DNA from: Octopus bimaculoides
Lineage: Eukaryota
Reading direction: 5' to 3'
DNA: 64,000 nt
Assembly (NCBI RefSeq): GCF_001194135.2
Contig: NC_068993.1
Coordinates: 52,293,842-52,357,841 of the forward strand
Part shown: piece after piece, positions 26,975 to 39,151 of the stretch
How the letters are laid out: each line of letters opens with the position of its first letter
Position numbering within the stretch: the first letter of the stretch is position 1
Notes under the pieces: model-generated
Database searches by the model: none
What the model was told of the DNA's origin: nothing
The model's input: only the letters and a program-made list of their open reading frames with translations
Program-made: the position numbers and the translations under genes

Positions 26975-27599
26975 ACGCCATACATATATATGTATATAAA
27001 TATATGTATGTGTGGATGTATTTATGTATGTATGCGTGTGCATATATATTTATATTTATATTTGTATATATAAATGCATCATCATCTTATATACATATTG
27101 TGTCAGTAGTATATGTTTATATTGATTGCTTTTATATAATGAAAACATCCTATTATAATTGTTGTCATCCATTAGTAGGCTTGCTTCATCTTTGTAGTTG
27201 TTGTTGTTGTTGTGGTCGATATTGTTTAGCTCCATATCAGCCCTGATTAGGCAATATTTGAAACCATAACTTTCTCTCTGTTCTCAGATATCAGGACTAC
27301 ATTATCTAATGTATCCTTTCCTAAAACAGCATTGTGAGTGGAAGAATATTTGTCTGCTATTTCTAGCAAGTTGTTCCACCACACAAAGGCTCCCTTCATC
27401 GGTTTATGGTCATGGTAGTGGTTGTGATAATGTTATGTGATTGTGGCAATAATAGCAATTACAGCCAAACTGGCAACTATTTTCTAACACGCCTCACTGA
27501 ATGCAAGGACCTGGCTAATTTAATGTTTTATCATGTTCTGCTGTGATAATATGGCTGTGCCTCTGACTGAGTGAATGAGATGAATAACTTTCCTTTTAT

Positions 27600-28129
27600 C
27601 TGTGTGTGTGTGTGAGACAGAGGGACTATGTGTGTGTGTGTATGTGAGAGAGAGAGAGACTGCGTGAGTGTGTGTTTGAGAGAGAGACGTGTGTGTTTGA
27701 GTGAGAGAGAGACTGTAAGATAGAGGGAAACTATGTGTGAGAGAGAGAGAGAGNNNNNNNNNNGGACTATGTGTGTGTGTGTTTGAGAGAGAGAGAGAGA
27801 GCGGGGTGGGGGGCAGTGAGAGACAGAGGGACTATGTGTGTGTGTGTTTGAGAGAGAGAGACTGTGTGAGTGTGTGTTTGAGAGAGAGACGTGTGTGTGA
27901 GTGTGTTTGAGTGAGAGATGTGTGTGAGAGAGAGACTGTAAGATAGAGGGAGACTATGCGTGAGAGAGAGAGAGAGACTCTGTGTGTGTGTGTGCGTGTG
28001 TGTGTGTGTGCGTGAGAGAGAGAGTGAGGGAGAGACATGTATGTGTGTGAGAGAAAGAGAGAGACACTCTTTGTGTAAGAGAGAGAGAGAGACTGTCCGT
28101 GTATGTGACAGAGAGAGAGAAAGAGAGAC

Positions 28130-28160
<31 letters not shown>

Positions 28161-28195
28161 AAAAGAGAGCAGCTGTGTGTGTGTGTGTGTGTTTA
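27600..28195. repeat. Compound (GT)n/(GA)n tract with recurring higher-order units
   Basis: Recurring GAGACAGAGGGACTATGTGTG and GACTGTAAGATAGAGGG blocks between dinucleotide runs. Confidence 0.85.
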
Positions 28196-28598
28196 TGTAC
28201 AAATGTGTCTATATATGAATATATGTTTATGTATTCATTATTATGTATCTATCTACATCTGTATACATATTTTCTTATGCTTTTACATTTTGCAGTCATT
28301 ACATTGCGACCATACTGGGGCACCAACCTGAAGAATTATAGTTGAACTAATCGACCCCAATATTTATTTCTTGTACCTGATACTTATTCTATCAGTCACT
28401 TTTGCCGAATCGCTAATTTACAAAGATGTAAACACACCAACACCGGCCTCACACACACACACACACACACATAATACACATGCAACACATGCATCAGAGT
28501 TGTAACATATATTATTTATTACAGATTTATTTTACATAGTTTGAACATTATTTAATACAGAACTGGAAATGCTTGATAGTATGGATTAATATGTTTAC

Positions 28599-28635
<37 letters not shown>

Positions 28636-29039
28636 TTTTTTTTTTTTTTTTTTTTNNNNNNNNNNNNNNNNNNNNNNNNNNNNNNNNNNNNNNNNNNNNN
28701 NNNNNNNNNNNNNNNNNNNNNNNNNNNNNNNNNNNNNNNNNNNNNNNNNNNNNNNNNNNNNNNNNNNNNNNNNNNNNNNNNNNNNNNNNNNNNNNNNNNN
28801 NNNNNNNNNNNNNNNNNNNNNNNNNNNNNNNNNNNNNNNNNNNNNNNNNNNNNNNNNNNNNNNNNNNNNNNNNNNNNNNNNNNNNNNNNNNNNNNNNNNN
28901 NNNNNNNNNNNNNNNNNNNNNNNNNNNNNNNNNNNNNNNNNNNNNNNNNNNNNNNNNNNNNNNNNNNNNNNNNNNNNNNNNNNNNNNNNNNNNNNNNNNN
29001 NNNNNNNNNNNNNNNNNNNNNNNNNNNNNNNNNNNNNNN

Positions 29040-29085
<46 letters not shown>

Positions 29086-29379
29086 TCAACGTCATTTAAT
29101 GGCCATTTTCCATGGGTGTTGAACTATCTATATGTGTGCATGTGCATGTGTGTATGTATGTGCGCATCATTTAAGTATATGTTTTTTTAAAGACTGTTAA
29201 CACTTGCATACAATCATCCATCCATCCATTCATACACACACACATACACACATACACGCACACACACTGACAGTAGTGCTATGTCACCCATCAGTGTAGC
29301 GTCAAAGCAATGTCAGCAACAGAAATCAACTGAGGTTACAAGAGCTGAAAAATGCTTGTCTGTTCCATTGATTCTGTTT

Positions 29380-29480
29380 ACTTCCGACGTGACGTCCGTC
29401 TTTCAACCTATCCCTTTTAAAACGTCAGAACTGTTACCAAGAACAAGTCATTTCAAACACTGCTACTTCTTTCGGTGACG
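29380..29480 (+). promoter_or_regulatory. Putative promoter core (ETS-like and CRE/ATF-like motifs in a local CpG cluster)
   Basis: ACTTCCG (reverse of CGGAAGT) overlapping GACGTGACGTC at 29380-29397, with further ACGTCA and TGACG nearby, in unique sequence within a CpG-poor background. Confidence 0.45.
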
Positions 29481-29748
29481 CTGTTGCAGCCTACTTTCTT
29501 AGTGCCTAGTGTGTTGTGATGAAGATGAATTAGTAGCAGTCTCCTTTGTGCAGCTTCAACTGTAGATGTCTGCTGCCCTTTCTTCTTCTACTCTTACCGC
29601 TGCTACTGCTGCTTCAATATAGATATTGAGTGTCTCACTTCCTTATGTTTTTTGCTGTTCGGGTTAAAAGGTGCCGATAGACTTCATTCACTGGCAGGAG
29701 ATAACTTTTTTTTTTTTATTTACCCACCGCATTTTTTTTTTTATTTAT
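29400..29748 (+). other. Candidate non-coding first exon
   Basis: Follows the motif cluster and ends at the consensus donor GTGAGT (29749). Downstream sequence looks T-rich on +, as expected for a + strand intron. The start is approximate. Confidence 0.35.
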
Positions 29749-30387
29749 GTGAGTATATTATTTTATTCTCTTCTCTGGTTTCGGTTTAATGTGTCACTCA
29801 CTGGCTTTGGTAGGGCTGGTTGTTATTTTTAGATTGGATTAATTGATAAATCTAGAAAAAGCAAAAAGAAATTAAATCCTTCATGTTTTACATCACTCAT
29901 TTATCAAAGAATATACTGTATGGATAATTAATAAGTTGATTTATTTTCAGCTTATGTTATTATATAGCTCCACTTATAATGAAACCTTCATCTGACAGAT
30001 GATAATTAACAAAATCAATCAGTTTTGTCGTTTAAGTCATTTTCTATTTTCGACTTTTTGACATTTCACATGGAGATTATTTACATTACATTTCTTGTCA
30101 ATTTCTTCGTGTTTCTAGTTATGTGTTTATTTATTTTTGTTTATATATTTAAAGAAATGTCACTTACTTTTGAAAATTAATCAGATAAAAAAGCAAATTA
30201 CCAAAGGCAAACAAAAAAAAAAATTAAATATATTACATATGATATAAAAAAAAAAAATTGAAGGAGTAGAATAAATATTTAGAGAAGAATTTTCCACTGA
30301 ATGAATTGAAAAAATAGTTTGTTTAGATTAATGTCGGTGAATTTTTTATTTGTTCATATTCATGATTCCGCTACAGGTATCACTATG

Positions 30388-30524
30388 AACACCACCACCA
30401 CCACCACCACCACCACCACCACATCAACCACCAAAAAATTCCAGCCAATATTTTGGTGTAAATTGCTTCTAAAGCCATCAATATTAACCATCATAACAAC
30501 AGAAGGAATTAGTATAGTTATGGC

Positions 30525-30580
<56 letters not shown>

Positions 30581-30610
30581 AAATTCCACCACCATCACCA
30601 CTACCACCAA
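30388..30610. repeat. (ACC)n and (ACT)n microsatellites
   Basis: Directly visible. Confidence 0.9.
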
Positions 30611-31075
30611 TGTATACAAGTACTAAAACAAAATTGACAAGTATATTGTTGATGGTCATAAGGTGTGATATAGAAGAAAGGTGAGACTAAGGTACCCACT
30701 GTGTACACATCAACATAGATATGTTCTGTTGCTGTGATGCCATGCATGCCCTTGTTGGAGCCCATGGCAAAAAATTTCTGTATATTTTATTTATTTTTGT
30801 TTGTTCTAGATGTAAGAACACACAAATACATGTGGATTTTTATATGTCGACAAGCATACACCTACATTTATGTATACCTGTGCACACACATATATGAATA
30901 CATGCATATACTTATATAATATATGTTTGAATTTACAAATAGAAGGAAAAAGTACTCAATGCATGTAGCAGAGTTTCTTGTTTTATTTGAAATTGAAGCT
31001 TTCTTTCATCACTACTCTGAGTTTTGCACATTTAATTAGAATTGTGTGAGTGCGTGTGTGTGTGAGTGTGTGTGT

Positions 31076-31107
<32 letters not shown>

Positions 31108-32034
31108 TTGTGAGAGAGAGAGAGAGAGAATATACTTATTATATAATATACATATGAATTTACAAGCAATGGAAAAAAGTACTCAATACTTAAATATATA
31201 TAGTAGAGTTCATTGGTTTATGTGAAGCTTTCCTGCATCACTACTCTGAGTTTTCTGCACACACACACACATGTGTGTGTGTGTCTATTTTGTAAAGTGT
31301 GTGTGCATTTATGTATATGTGTAAAAGCATATATGTGTGTACATGTTATGTATATGTATGTATGTGTTAAGAAGGACAAAAGGGATTTTAAAATCCTGGC
31401 AGGTACCAATAAAGCACTCAGTACTGAAAGAATTTGGTTACCAATATTCAACAATTAGACATCAATAAATATCAGTGGAATACACATCCAAGGTAAATCC
31501 TCATGTACAACAAGTAAATCAAAATATCCTTTGGCAGAATTTTGTGAAATTCAATGTATTTGACAACAAAAAATATGCATTGGGAAAATTACATATATGC
31601 ACACACACACACACGAACACACAAATTATTGTCATTATATTAAAAATGTAGTTTTGTGTGGAACAGTGTAATTGTGTGATAGAATGTCTGTGTATACATG
31701 CTTGCATATAATTGAAGATGCATATATAAAAAATACTTGAATATTTAATCTTTTTATTAACCCTTAACTCTCTCACCAATAGTTTTTTTTTTCCTTAAAT
31801 TTCCTAAAAATTCATAATTTTGAATGTAACTTGTATACTTACAGTTTAACATATCCTATTAGTCTATAAATTACATTGTTGTACAACGTAAAATTTTAAC
31901 TTAAAAGATTTTGTGCGATTAAGATGCTAAGCGCCTTTCATTTCCTATGTCTTCTTAAAACTCTGGCTAAATAAAATCCTCTTCTTTTTAAATTTCATTT
32001 GATATATATACATAAATATAAATATAAATATATT

Positions 32035-32110
32035 GTGACTCAAGGTCTGAGAGTTTTGTGCGTTGGCACTAATAAGTGCCAATGCATGAAACTCTCAGAT
32101 CTTGAGTCAC
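32035..32110 (+). other. 36-bp-stem hairpin with a 4-nt loop
   Basis: Arms 32035-32070 and 32075-32110 pair at all 36 positions on the + strand (32 Watson-Crick, 4 G-U). The loop is AATA. Confidence 0.9.
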
Positions 32111-32195
32111 TCTGTTACTTCTGCTAAATATTAATAAAGATATACATATACTCATATCTGGAGTTCTATTTATTTTCCTGTTTTCATCAACATAC

Positions 32196-32239
<44 letters not shown>

Positions 32240-32822
32240 GTATGCATGCGAAGAGCTTTAAATAATGTTATTGCTTGGAATGTTGCATAAGCAAACCCAA
32301 AGACCTGTTCTTTAGTGACATGACATCACTAATAATGGTAACTTTAGATATTTCCTCATAGCTATTTTATAGAGATCGAAGTACTTCATTCTGGAATCTT
32401 GCAGAAGAGCTTTCATGTCTCTTAGAAACATGTTTTATATTTTAAACATTCTGTGTATAAGTGCCATGCAATCATTTTTATATATTGGGAGCTCATAAAG
32501 ACAAAGGTGACAGTGCTTTCTTTTTTTTTCAACTAGCAGTTTTATTCATAAATTTACCTCACATCTACCAATCAGATTCTTCAATGATGCGCTAAATGCC
32601 AAAATGCAAGAAAAACATTAAAAAATATTACAGATGCAGGCCTGGATGTTTGGATACAATGCTTGCTTTGCAGCCTCATGGATTTGAGTTTAGTATCACT
32701 ACAGCATCTTGATTAAGTGTCTTCTACTATAGCCCCAGGCTTACCAATGCCTTGTGAGTAAATTTGGTTGATAGAAACTGTGTTGAAGCCCATTGTATGT
32801 GTGTTGTATGTATGTATGTATA

Positions 32823-33133
32823 GGAAGATGCATGGCTTAGTGGTTAGGGTAATCTGGTCACGATCATAAGGTCGTGAGTTCGATTCCTGGCAACATGCTG
32901 TGTTCTTGAGGAAGACACTTTATTTCCAGTCTTCTCATCTGGCAAAAATAAGTTGTACCTGTAATTCAAAGGACCAGCCTTATTACATTCTGTGTCGCAC
33001 TGAATCTCCTTGAGAACTACGTTAAGGACATGTGTGCCTGTGGTGCCCAACCACTTCCATGTTAATTTCAGGAGCAGGCTTTTCCATTGATTGGATCAAC
33101 TGGAATCCTTGTCATCATAACCAACGGAGCGTC
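32823..33133 (+). mobile_element. SINE-C copy
   Basis: Same head, CORE and tail as the 53258 copy. Others: 39911-40150 (+, truncated), 44231-44496 (-), 61817-62120 (+). Confidence 0.85.
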
Positions 33134-33909
33134 AGTTATGTATATATGCAAATAAGTGCGCATGGATACACGACCTGGGTATGACATTATGCTGCCTCTA
33201 GTGATGAGGTTCCAGTTCTGGAGTCCTGCAGTTGTGAGGAGTGTGGTTTCACCTCTTAATTATCATCACTCCCAGATGCATTCTAAAATGGAATGGTAAT
33301 ACCTGTCACTGTCCCATCTATGACTTAAATAGATTTTCCAGAGGCAGAAGAGGTTCCTGTTATTTTTGACAAAGCCGTGGAGAAGGCAGCTCTTTCAGGA
33401 GAAAGATACTCCGATGTAAAACTTGCAGCCAAAATACTACCAGTTATCTTTCAATGCTTGAACTTACTATGGTGTTTGAGAGAGAAGCAAATGTGTTGTA
33501 CAAGATTTGGTCATTTGATTCCAATGACATACAGATGTCTCTTTATCATATCATTTCTTGATTCGTTTTGTATTTTATAAAATCCTATGGAGATGGATGC
33601 GAGGCTCATGCAAGGATGAAAGTAAATCAGAACAATCAGGTTGAATGTGAAATGGCTACCCTCACATAAGACGGGGCCCTCATCGTGTGTGTACCTTTGT
33701 ATTTGTCTCTCTCATCACTTGACAATTAGTAATCTGTTTGTTTATGTCCCCATAACTTAGCAGTTCAGCAAAAGAGACTGATAGAATAAGTGCCAGACTT
33801 TAAAAGATATAAGCACTGCAGTCCAATCACTGGAACAAATAAAATGCTAAAGATAAAAGATATTAGAAAAGAGTTGCTTTGCAAACCATGATTACCCTAT
33901 AGTTTTTAG

Positions 33910-34108
33910 CCCTTTAGCATTTAAACCAACCATATCCAGCCCACAAAACAGCCAGATCCAGCTTCTCACACTTGCCAAACAATGTCATTCTAAAAATAAA
34001 CAATCACAACATCAGAAACTTGAAGCAACAAGACAATGCATGGTTAATTCGAAACAATGTGAATAAAAAAAGCATTACATTTGACTGAGGAATCTAAATG
34101 CTAAAAGG
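33910..34108. mobile_element. piggyBac-type MITE (family 2)
   Basis: TIRs CCCTTTAGCATTTA and TAAATGCTAAAAGG, flanked by TTAG and TTAA. Confidence 0.75.
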
Positions 34109-35793
34109 TTAAGCCAAAACTATTCTTTTGAATAAATTGGTAATACATTACTGTCAGTTAGACTATAAACTATTTTGGATGAAATTTCATTAGGGTTCCA
34201 AAGTTTAGCCAATTATCTTTGCTTCTAAACATTAAAAATACAGGTGATATTTAGATTTAGATTTTTAGTTTTAATTTATCATCTCTCATTTATACGTTTT
34301 CCTTTCATGTGTTGGAACAAATAAACAGAATTATTATTCTTTAAGTCTCACCAAAGAAATCAATAGAGTCTTAGTGTTTTTGTGTCACAAGGAAATTTCT
34401 CAAAGAGAATAAAGTGCATTGAAGGTTTTAAGGCTTGTTTTCCCTTCTTAATTCTATATTCTCAACAAGTGTTGTGTTGACTGAATCAAAGAATAAACTC
34501 ACTAAACTTATATCGACTCACAGCAACTGTTATAAATATTCATTTCAATTTAATTTCTTTGTCACATAAATAATTAATGTGATTTTATTTGAAATTGGGA
34601 ATTCTGATTTTGAATTGATTTTATTGTAGTTTACACACACACACACATACACTAAGCAGGAGGGCACTTTTTGTTTAGAGGGCATATATTGTCATTTTAA
34701 TCAAACCTACTACTACTGCTGCTGCTACTACTACTACTACGACTACTACTACGACTACTACTACTACTGTTTACCTTTAGTATTCTCTTGCTCAAACCAT
34801 TTCTATTATTCTACACAACTATTCAATTAATATCATTTATTAATGAACTCATTAGTAGCCACCAGTATCATACAAATGGTAATTGCTTTGTTTTATTTCA
34901 TCGTATTTATAATAATACTTTGAAATATTTCTTTTTAAAATCCTAGGTTTTGGGTTCAATCCCAATGTGCGGTACCTTGGGCAAGTGTCTTCTCTCATAG
35001 CTTCAAACTGACCAGTACTTTGTAAACGGACCTGATAGACAGAAACTGTATGGAAGCCCATCATGTATGTGTGTGTTTGTGTGTGAATCCTTATGTGTTT
35101 GTGTTTGTTTCCTCCCATCCCCCCCACTGCTTGACAACCAGTGTTGGTTTGTTTACAGCCCTTTAAGAAAACAGTTCTTAAGAGTGACCATTAGAATAAA
35201 CTACCAGACCTTAAAATAATCACTGGTGTTGATTTGCTCAACTAATCCCAGCATGGCAGCAATCCAATGACTGAAACAAGTAAAAGATAAATTATTTTCC
35301 TTATTCACTTTAGAGCCATCATCCAACCTGGTGTCTCATATTTTTCCTTACTTTTATGTCATTCTGTAAACTCCAGATAAATTTTCTCTGGAAATATCGC
35401 AAAATTATTTTATTGAATTACTTCGTAGATGTCTTTTGGCACCATTCAGACTTGTGTTTCATTTTTCGCCTCTCTTATCTTTTTATGATGCTCTTCATAT
35501 ATCTCGTTTTTTTCCCCAACCTCCTTCCCTCACTCTCTAAACTGAGTGTCAGTCATAACTTTATCTTTTATTTATCAACTTCCTATTATCCATTATAGTA
35601 ATATATCAATGAATGTTGCTTAATTATCTGTCAGATTTTGACAATGACATTCAAGAATAAATTCATCATCTTATCTAACATTGTAGATCTAATAGAAACA
35701 TGTTGGCTCTCAGCCTGCATTCTTAATTCATCCTCTATCTGTTTATTCTTCATACTTCTCTGTTATATACTACTGCTGAATAAAGGGTATGAA

Positions 35794-35834
<41 letters not shown>

Positions 35835-36041
35835 ATGTTTCTGTGTCCATGTGCGCTGACTGATAAAAGTACTCTGGAAATCTTGAGTATCATAAACTCC
35901 TTTTCATGTTGCATTTGACAAATGTGTGTATTGAGTACTTTGTTTTGTCCATGAAGAACATGTGCTATTAGAAATACTGACAATCACACAACATACCTGA
36001 ACATAATTGTTTTCTCTTCTGCATCTTATTGACTGTGTCAG

Positions 36042-36093
36042 GTGTTTTTATTACATCATGGACAAGAGAGAAGTTGCCTTCTTAGATTTCTTG
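36042..36093 (+). CDS. Candidate exon with possible start codon
   Basis: Pyrimidine tract then TCAG acceptor, GTAAAG donor. ATCATGG at 36055-36061 gives MDKREVAFLDFL. Confidence 0.2.
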
Positions 36094-36392
36094 GTAAAGT
36101 TGTATTAGTTTAAATTTACACTAGCTGACTTTGTTTTGTTTGCTTTTTTTTTTTTTTTTTTTTCTGCTTTCATTTTATTAATTTTTTGAATTGCTATCAT
36201 TCTGACTTCAAGATCTGAATGTAATGCATAGCAGAATCAATCCCACTGAGATTGTGAAATGAATTGCTTAACTACAAAGCCAGAGTACCCTGGCCAAATG
36301 TTTTTATCTACAACCTGGGATTAAGTTGATTATAGCCTTGTGTGAAATTTGGTAGGCTGAAATTGGACAGCAGTCATTCACACCCACCCATA

Positions 36393-36394
<2 letters not shown>

Positions 36395-36448
<54 letters not shown>

Positions 36449-36815
36449 NNNNNNNNNNNNNNNNNNNNNNNNNNNNNNNNNNNNNNNNNNNNNNNNNNNN
36501 NNNNNNNNNNNNNNNNNNNNNNNNNNNNNNNNNNNNNNNNNNNNNNNNNNNNNNNNNNNNNNNNNNNNNNNNNNNNNNNNNNNNNNNNNNNNNNNNNNNN
36601 NNNNNNNNNNNNNNNNNNNNNNNNNNNNNNNNNNNNNNNNNNNNNNNNNNNNNNNNNNNNNNNNNNNNNNNNNNNNNNNNNNNNNNNNNNNNNNNNNNNN
36701 NNNNNNNNNNNNNNNNNNNNNNNNNNNNNNNNNNNNNNNNNNNNNNNNNNNNNNNNNNNNNNNNNNNNNNNNNNNNNNNNNNNNNNNNNNNNNNNNNNNN
36801 NNNNNNNNNNNNNNN

Positions 36816-36876
<61 letters not shown>
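36395..36876. repeat. (CA)n microsatellite spanning an N gap
   Basis: Directly visible on both sides of the gap. Confidence 0.9.
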
Positions 36877-36877
<1 letters not shown>

Positions 36878-36926
36878 CAAAACAGGAATTTAGGAAACTT
36901 TTTGATATTATTTATTCACCATTACA

Positions 36927-37334
36927 CATGATTCCTAGCTTTTCCAAAGGTAAATATTCCATTGTGTAGTTGTAGTTTAGAAGTATAATGCCCCATCGCT
37001 GGGACATGTTTGCTGTATGTACTGGGATTGTTTTCTTGGATCCATAAATCGTTAGCGAGAGGTGATGGTCTGTTTGTAGTCTGAACCATCTACTCTGTAT
37101 AAACCTGTGGAACTTTTTATGCCAAATATAATTGCCAATGCCTCTTTTTCAATTTGGCTATAATTTTTTTCCACTGGAAATAACATCCTTTGACATGTGA
37201 GCTATGTCCTTTTGGCTGCCATCTTCACATTTGGGTTGGAGTACAGCACCTATCCCATACTCACTAACATCTATTGCCAGTATCATTTCCAACTTTGGAT
37301 CAAAGTGTGTAAGCAACAAGTCTGAAGTTAACAT
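36927..37334 (-). mobile_element. Isolated Ty3/Gypsy RNase H fragment (second element)
   Basis: Minus-strand translation with two frameshifts: MLTSDLLLTHFDPKLEMILAIDVSEYGIGAVLQ...; NYSQIEKEALAIIFGIK; FHRFIQSRWFRLQTDHHLSLTIYGSKKTIPVHTANMSQRWGIILLNYNYTMEY. These match Gypsy RNase H motifs. Confidence 0.9.
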
Positions 37335-37683
37335 GCTTTTATATGGGCAGAATCATAACTGCAATGAAACAAAATGCTTAAGAAGTATTTCTTCCAGTTT
37401 TACACTCAGAATACAAAAGTTGTCAAAGTCCACTTTACCATTCATCCTTTTAGGGTTAATACAATTAGGTACCAGTTGAGCACTGTGGTTGATGTAATCA
37501 ACTAGCTCAACCCAGCAAATTTCAGGCTTTGTGCTTATAGTAGAAAGTAAATAAATGAGAAAAAGAATTTACTGACCATACATATACAATGATATAAAGT
37601 TATTTGTTCAACTAGCACTGATTTGGGAACCCAAAAAAATATACAAAAACTTAAACATTTTTTTTTTTTCGTTTTTATCTACT

Positions 37684-38130
37684 GGCGTAAGTGTGGCTGT
37701 GTGGTAAGAAGCTTGCTTCCTGACTACATGGTTCCAGGCTCAGTCCCACTGCATGGTAGCTTGGGCAAGTATCTCCTACTATAGCCTCGGGCTTACCAAA
37801 GCTTTGTGAGCGGATTTGGTAGATGGAAACTGAAAAGAAGCCTTTTGTATATATGTGTGTATGTGTGTGTGTGTGTATGTATGCATTTATGTGTTTGTAC
37901 CACTACCATCACTTGACAACCGGTGCTGGTATGTTTACATCCCCATAACTTAGCAGTTCAGCAAAAGAGTCCAATAGACTAAGTACTAGGCTTACAAAGA
38001 ATAAGTCCTGGGTCAATTTCTTTGGAAAGAATTAGTCCTGGGATCGATTTCTTCAACTAAACCCTTTAAGATGGTGCTCCAACATGACCGCAGTCAAATG
38101 ACTGAAAGAAGTAAAAAAAATAAGCAATAA
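37684..38130 (+). mobile_element. SINE-B (tRNA/CORE-like head, central TG/TA microsatellite, tail); full-length copy
   Basis: Head GGCTGTGTGGTAAGAAGCTTGC...GGCTCAGTCCCACTG, CORE-like TTGGGCAAGT, linker (TG)n, tail ending ATGACTGAAAGAAGTAAAA. Confidence 0.85.
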
Positions 38131-38348
38131 AGTGATATAATGTAGTGGTGGTCATATTATTAGACCTGGTTAACAATTATTAAATACCTTAATAAAGCTG
38201 AAATTACTTATGATTGTCTATGAAACCTATTTGCTTAACTGATTACATTTATCTAATAAGCTATTTAGATCTAATAACTTTTATAATTAATGTTATGTGT
38301 TTCTCTCCTTTCGAAATCTTCCCACTCAGATTTTTTTCGATTCAATCT

Positions 38349-38393
<45 letters not shown>

Positions 38394-38479
38394 TTAACAT
38401 CTGCTTTTCATGCTGGCATGGGTTGAACAGTTTCACTGAAAGCTGGTAAGCGGAGGAACTGCACCAAGATTCTGGATTA

Positions 38480-38661
38480 TGTTTTTGTTTTTTTTTTAAC
38501 TTAATTTTTGAAAGCGGTTGGGTTCATTTTTAGTATTCTCGTTTGTGAGAACAATCAAGTTTATTTCAGATATTCTCGTTTTAAAAGTCATCTCCGGCTA
38601 ATCGTTGAGAGGACATTGGTGTTGCCTTGGCAGAGGTTTGCACTCTCTGAGTGCTCTTGTT
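38480..38661 (+). mobile_element. Helentron/HINE-like 3' end
   Basis: CCTTGGCAGAGG (subTIR-like, 38625-38636), then hairpin GCACTC-TCT-GAGTGC (38640-38654), then TCTTGTT. The left boundary is uncertain. Confidence 0.4.
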
Positions 38662-39104
38662 AAGATATTAAAATATGATTCCAGGGAGATTTAGTTGATA
38701 TTTCTAGAAGATCAAGCAACCATATAAAGGACCCCTTTCCTCTTTGTAGAAATAATTGTCCCATATCTATGGAATGGTAAATAATTCTCCAACATTATAT
38801 CAGAGAATGGCATTGATAAAGCTATTGTCTAAACAGATCAAAATAAAAAACTATAATTGTCTTAAAATACTAGAACACATGTTTTGTTTTTAATTAGGGA
38901 TAGGATTTTTGCTATGCTAGTTGTTCCCTCTAATTGTTAATTGGCTAACATTGAACCAAAGTTCTTGCATGCTATTAATAATTGAATGCATAACAATGTT
39001 TACTCGTCGTTGTTAATTAATTCAATAATCGATCCCTTAATCTGACACCTATTAAATATTGATGTTAACATTCACAAGGATGCTAATTGATTCTCTTTGA
39101 GCAT

Positions 39105-39151
<47 letters not shown>

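Noticed and set aside
33338-33580. Protein-like frame AEEVPVIFDKAVEKAALSGERYSDV
   Set aside because: It lies among repeat fragments, has only weak donors, and could be the antisense of a decayed retroelement. It remains unresolved.
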